From the NCBI GenBank assembly GCA_050084985.1, contig JBITNC010000001.1, forward strand, positions 141,050,001 to 141,114,000: 64,000 bases of DNA. The letters are read 5' to 3'. Source of the DNA: Nageia nagi (taxonomy: Eukaryota > Plantae > Pinophyta). A program made the translations under genes and the position numbers. Under the pieces are notes generated by a model. That model ran no database searches. It saw only the letters and a list, made by a program, of their open reading frames with translations, and was not told the DNA's origin. Of this stretch, positions 62,895 to 64,000 are shown piece after piece. Position 1 is the stretch's first letter. Each line of letters begins with the position of its first letter.

Positions 62895-64000
62895 TGTTTG
62901 AATGTATAATGCATTATTGTAAAGGTTTGTATTAATCCTCTTTGTACATTCACTAATAATTAAGGTTATCATTATATACCTTAAGTATTTAAGTGAATAT
63001 GATAATGTAACTTATCCTACACTCCATATCATGAGCATGCCCCTTGGGTAAAAAGGAGTGCATGTCATGCCTTTGTAGATTTGGTAAAAGGGTGATCAAA
63101 GAGGGATTTTTGCCTATAAATAAAAGACTTCCTCTTTATTATCACACATCAATTTGTGAAGTAAAGTTATGCTAGAGGATAGTGTTTAGGAGATGAATTT
63201 AGAAAGATTGTAAGAGTTCATATTGTGAATGATGTGAGATCTAGTTAGTGGATGTACTCCCAGTTAGAGGAACCACTTTATATCTTGAGTTATCTTTGTG
63301 AGATTGCTACATGAGTTATTTAGATGTTATTTATGAGCTTTAATATGATCTTGGTTGTTTAGGAATTAAGTGTTAGTGCTAGCTCCTTCAATTTGGTATC
63401 AGAGCAAGGTTGGAGGCTCATCTACTACTTTCTTGGAGGCTTCATCTTTATATAATGTGTTAGTTCATCTTTTTTACTCTAAGAGTAGCAATATATTATC
63501 ATGCAATCTTTTGTTTATGCTAACATTTTTGTTGCAATTTTTTACAAAAGTTGCTTAATATATTGCTTGATTTTGTTTTTGCATCTTGTGAGGTTACATA
63601 AGATATAAAGGTTTTTTTTTTTAATATAAAAAAAGGAAGAGAGAAAGGCAAATATCTTGTCATTTTCTTTGAAGCATTATTTTTTATAAACATTGAATTG
63701 ACTATTTAAAAAAAAAAAAAAATCATTTATATAGCTTACATCAATTTTTGTCTAAAAGGAAATGCTTACAATATTTTTTAATTGAGAAGGGGAGTGTTGA
63801 CCATGCATAACGATGACCTCACCTCTATGATGGTGCATTTTCTCACCTACCCTCTCCTTGTCAACATATATTTCACTCAACATATGTCAAATTTATACTG
63901 TTGTTGCTTAAGTCTTCTTTTTGCTTAGTTCTCTCTTAAAATAATTAGCTTCCTATCGAATGCATGCTTCAAGGATGGACAAGTGAATTGGTTGATTTAT
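62895..64000 (+). mobile_element. 5' end of a second copia element of the same LTR family: LTR 62895-63390, PBS 63394-63405
   Basis: LTR is clearly similar to the reverse complement of 43416-43921 (TGTT.GAATGTATAATGCATTATTGTAAAGGTTTG..CCTTCA) and is followed by TGGTATCAGAGC. Confidence 0.9.

Overview
AT-rich plant nuclear DNA; the very long TE-filled introns and the TE types suggest a gymnosperm-like genome (inference). The one host gene is a minus-strand TH1-type thiamine biosynthesis gene (ThiD/HMP-P kinase part). Five coding exons are traceable from 45599 down to 16162, intron 2 is about 24.9 kb, exon 3 has an apparent 1-nt deletion, and later exons are not found in the window. The rest is nested mobile DNA: Ty3/gypsy (one intact young chromovirus, a solo LTR, remnants), Ty1/copia, LINEs, hAT and CACTA derivatives. 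The most notable region is 5280-13086, a cluster of two different endogenous pararetroviruses (Caulimoviridae). Virus B is a ~4.2 kb palindrome with ~2.1 kb arms and a ~26 nt loop inside RT. One end stops at the base before the tRNA-Met primer-binding site and the other carries 8 nt of it, the geometry expected of an integrated snap-back reverse-transcription product. It could yield hairpin RNA/siRNA, and its polyprotein has an F-box-like motif fused after RNase H. Virus A has a florendovirus-ORF2-like domain fused in frame to RNase H. All identities are by-eye estimates; no searches were run.
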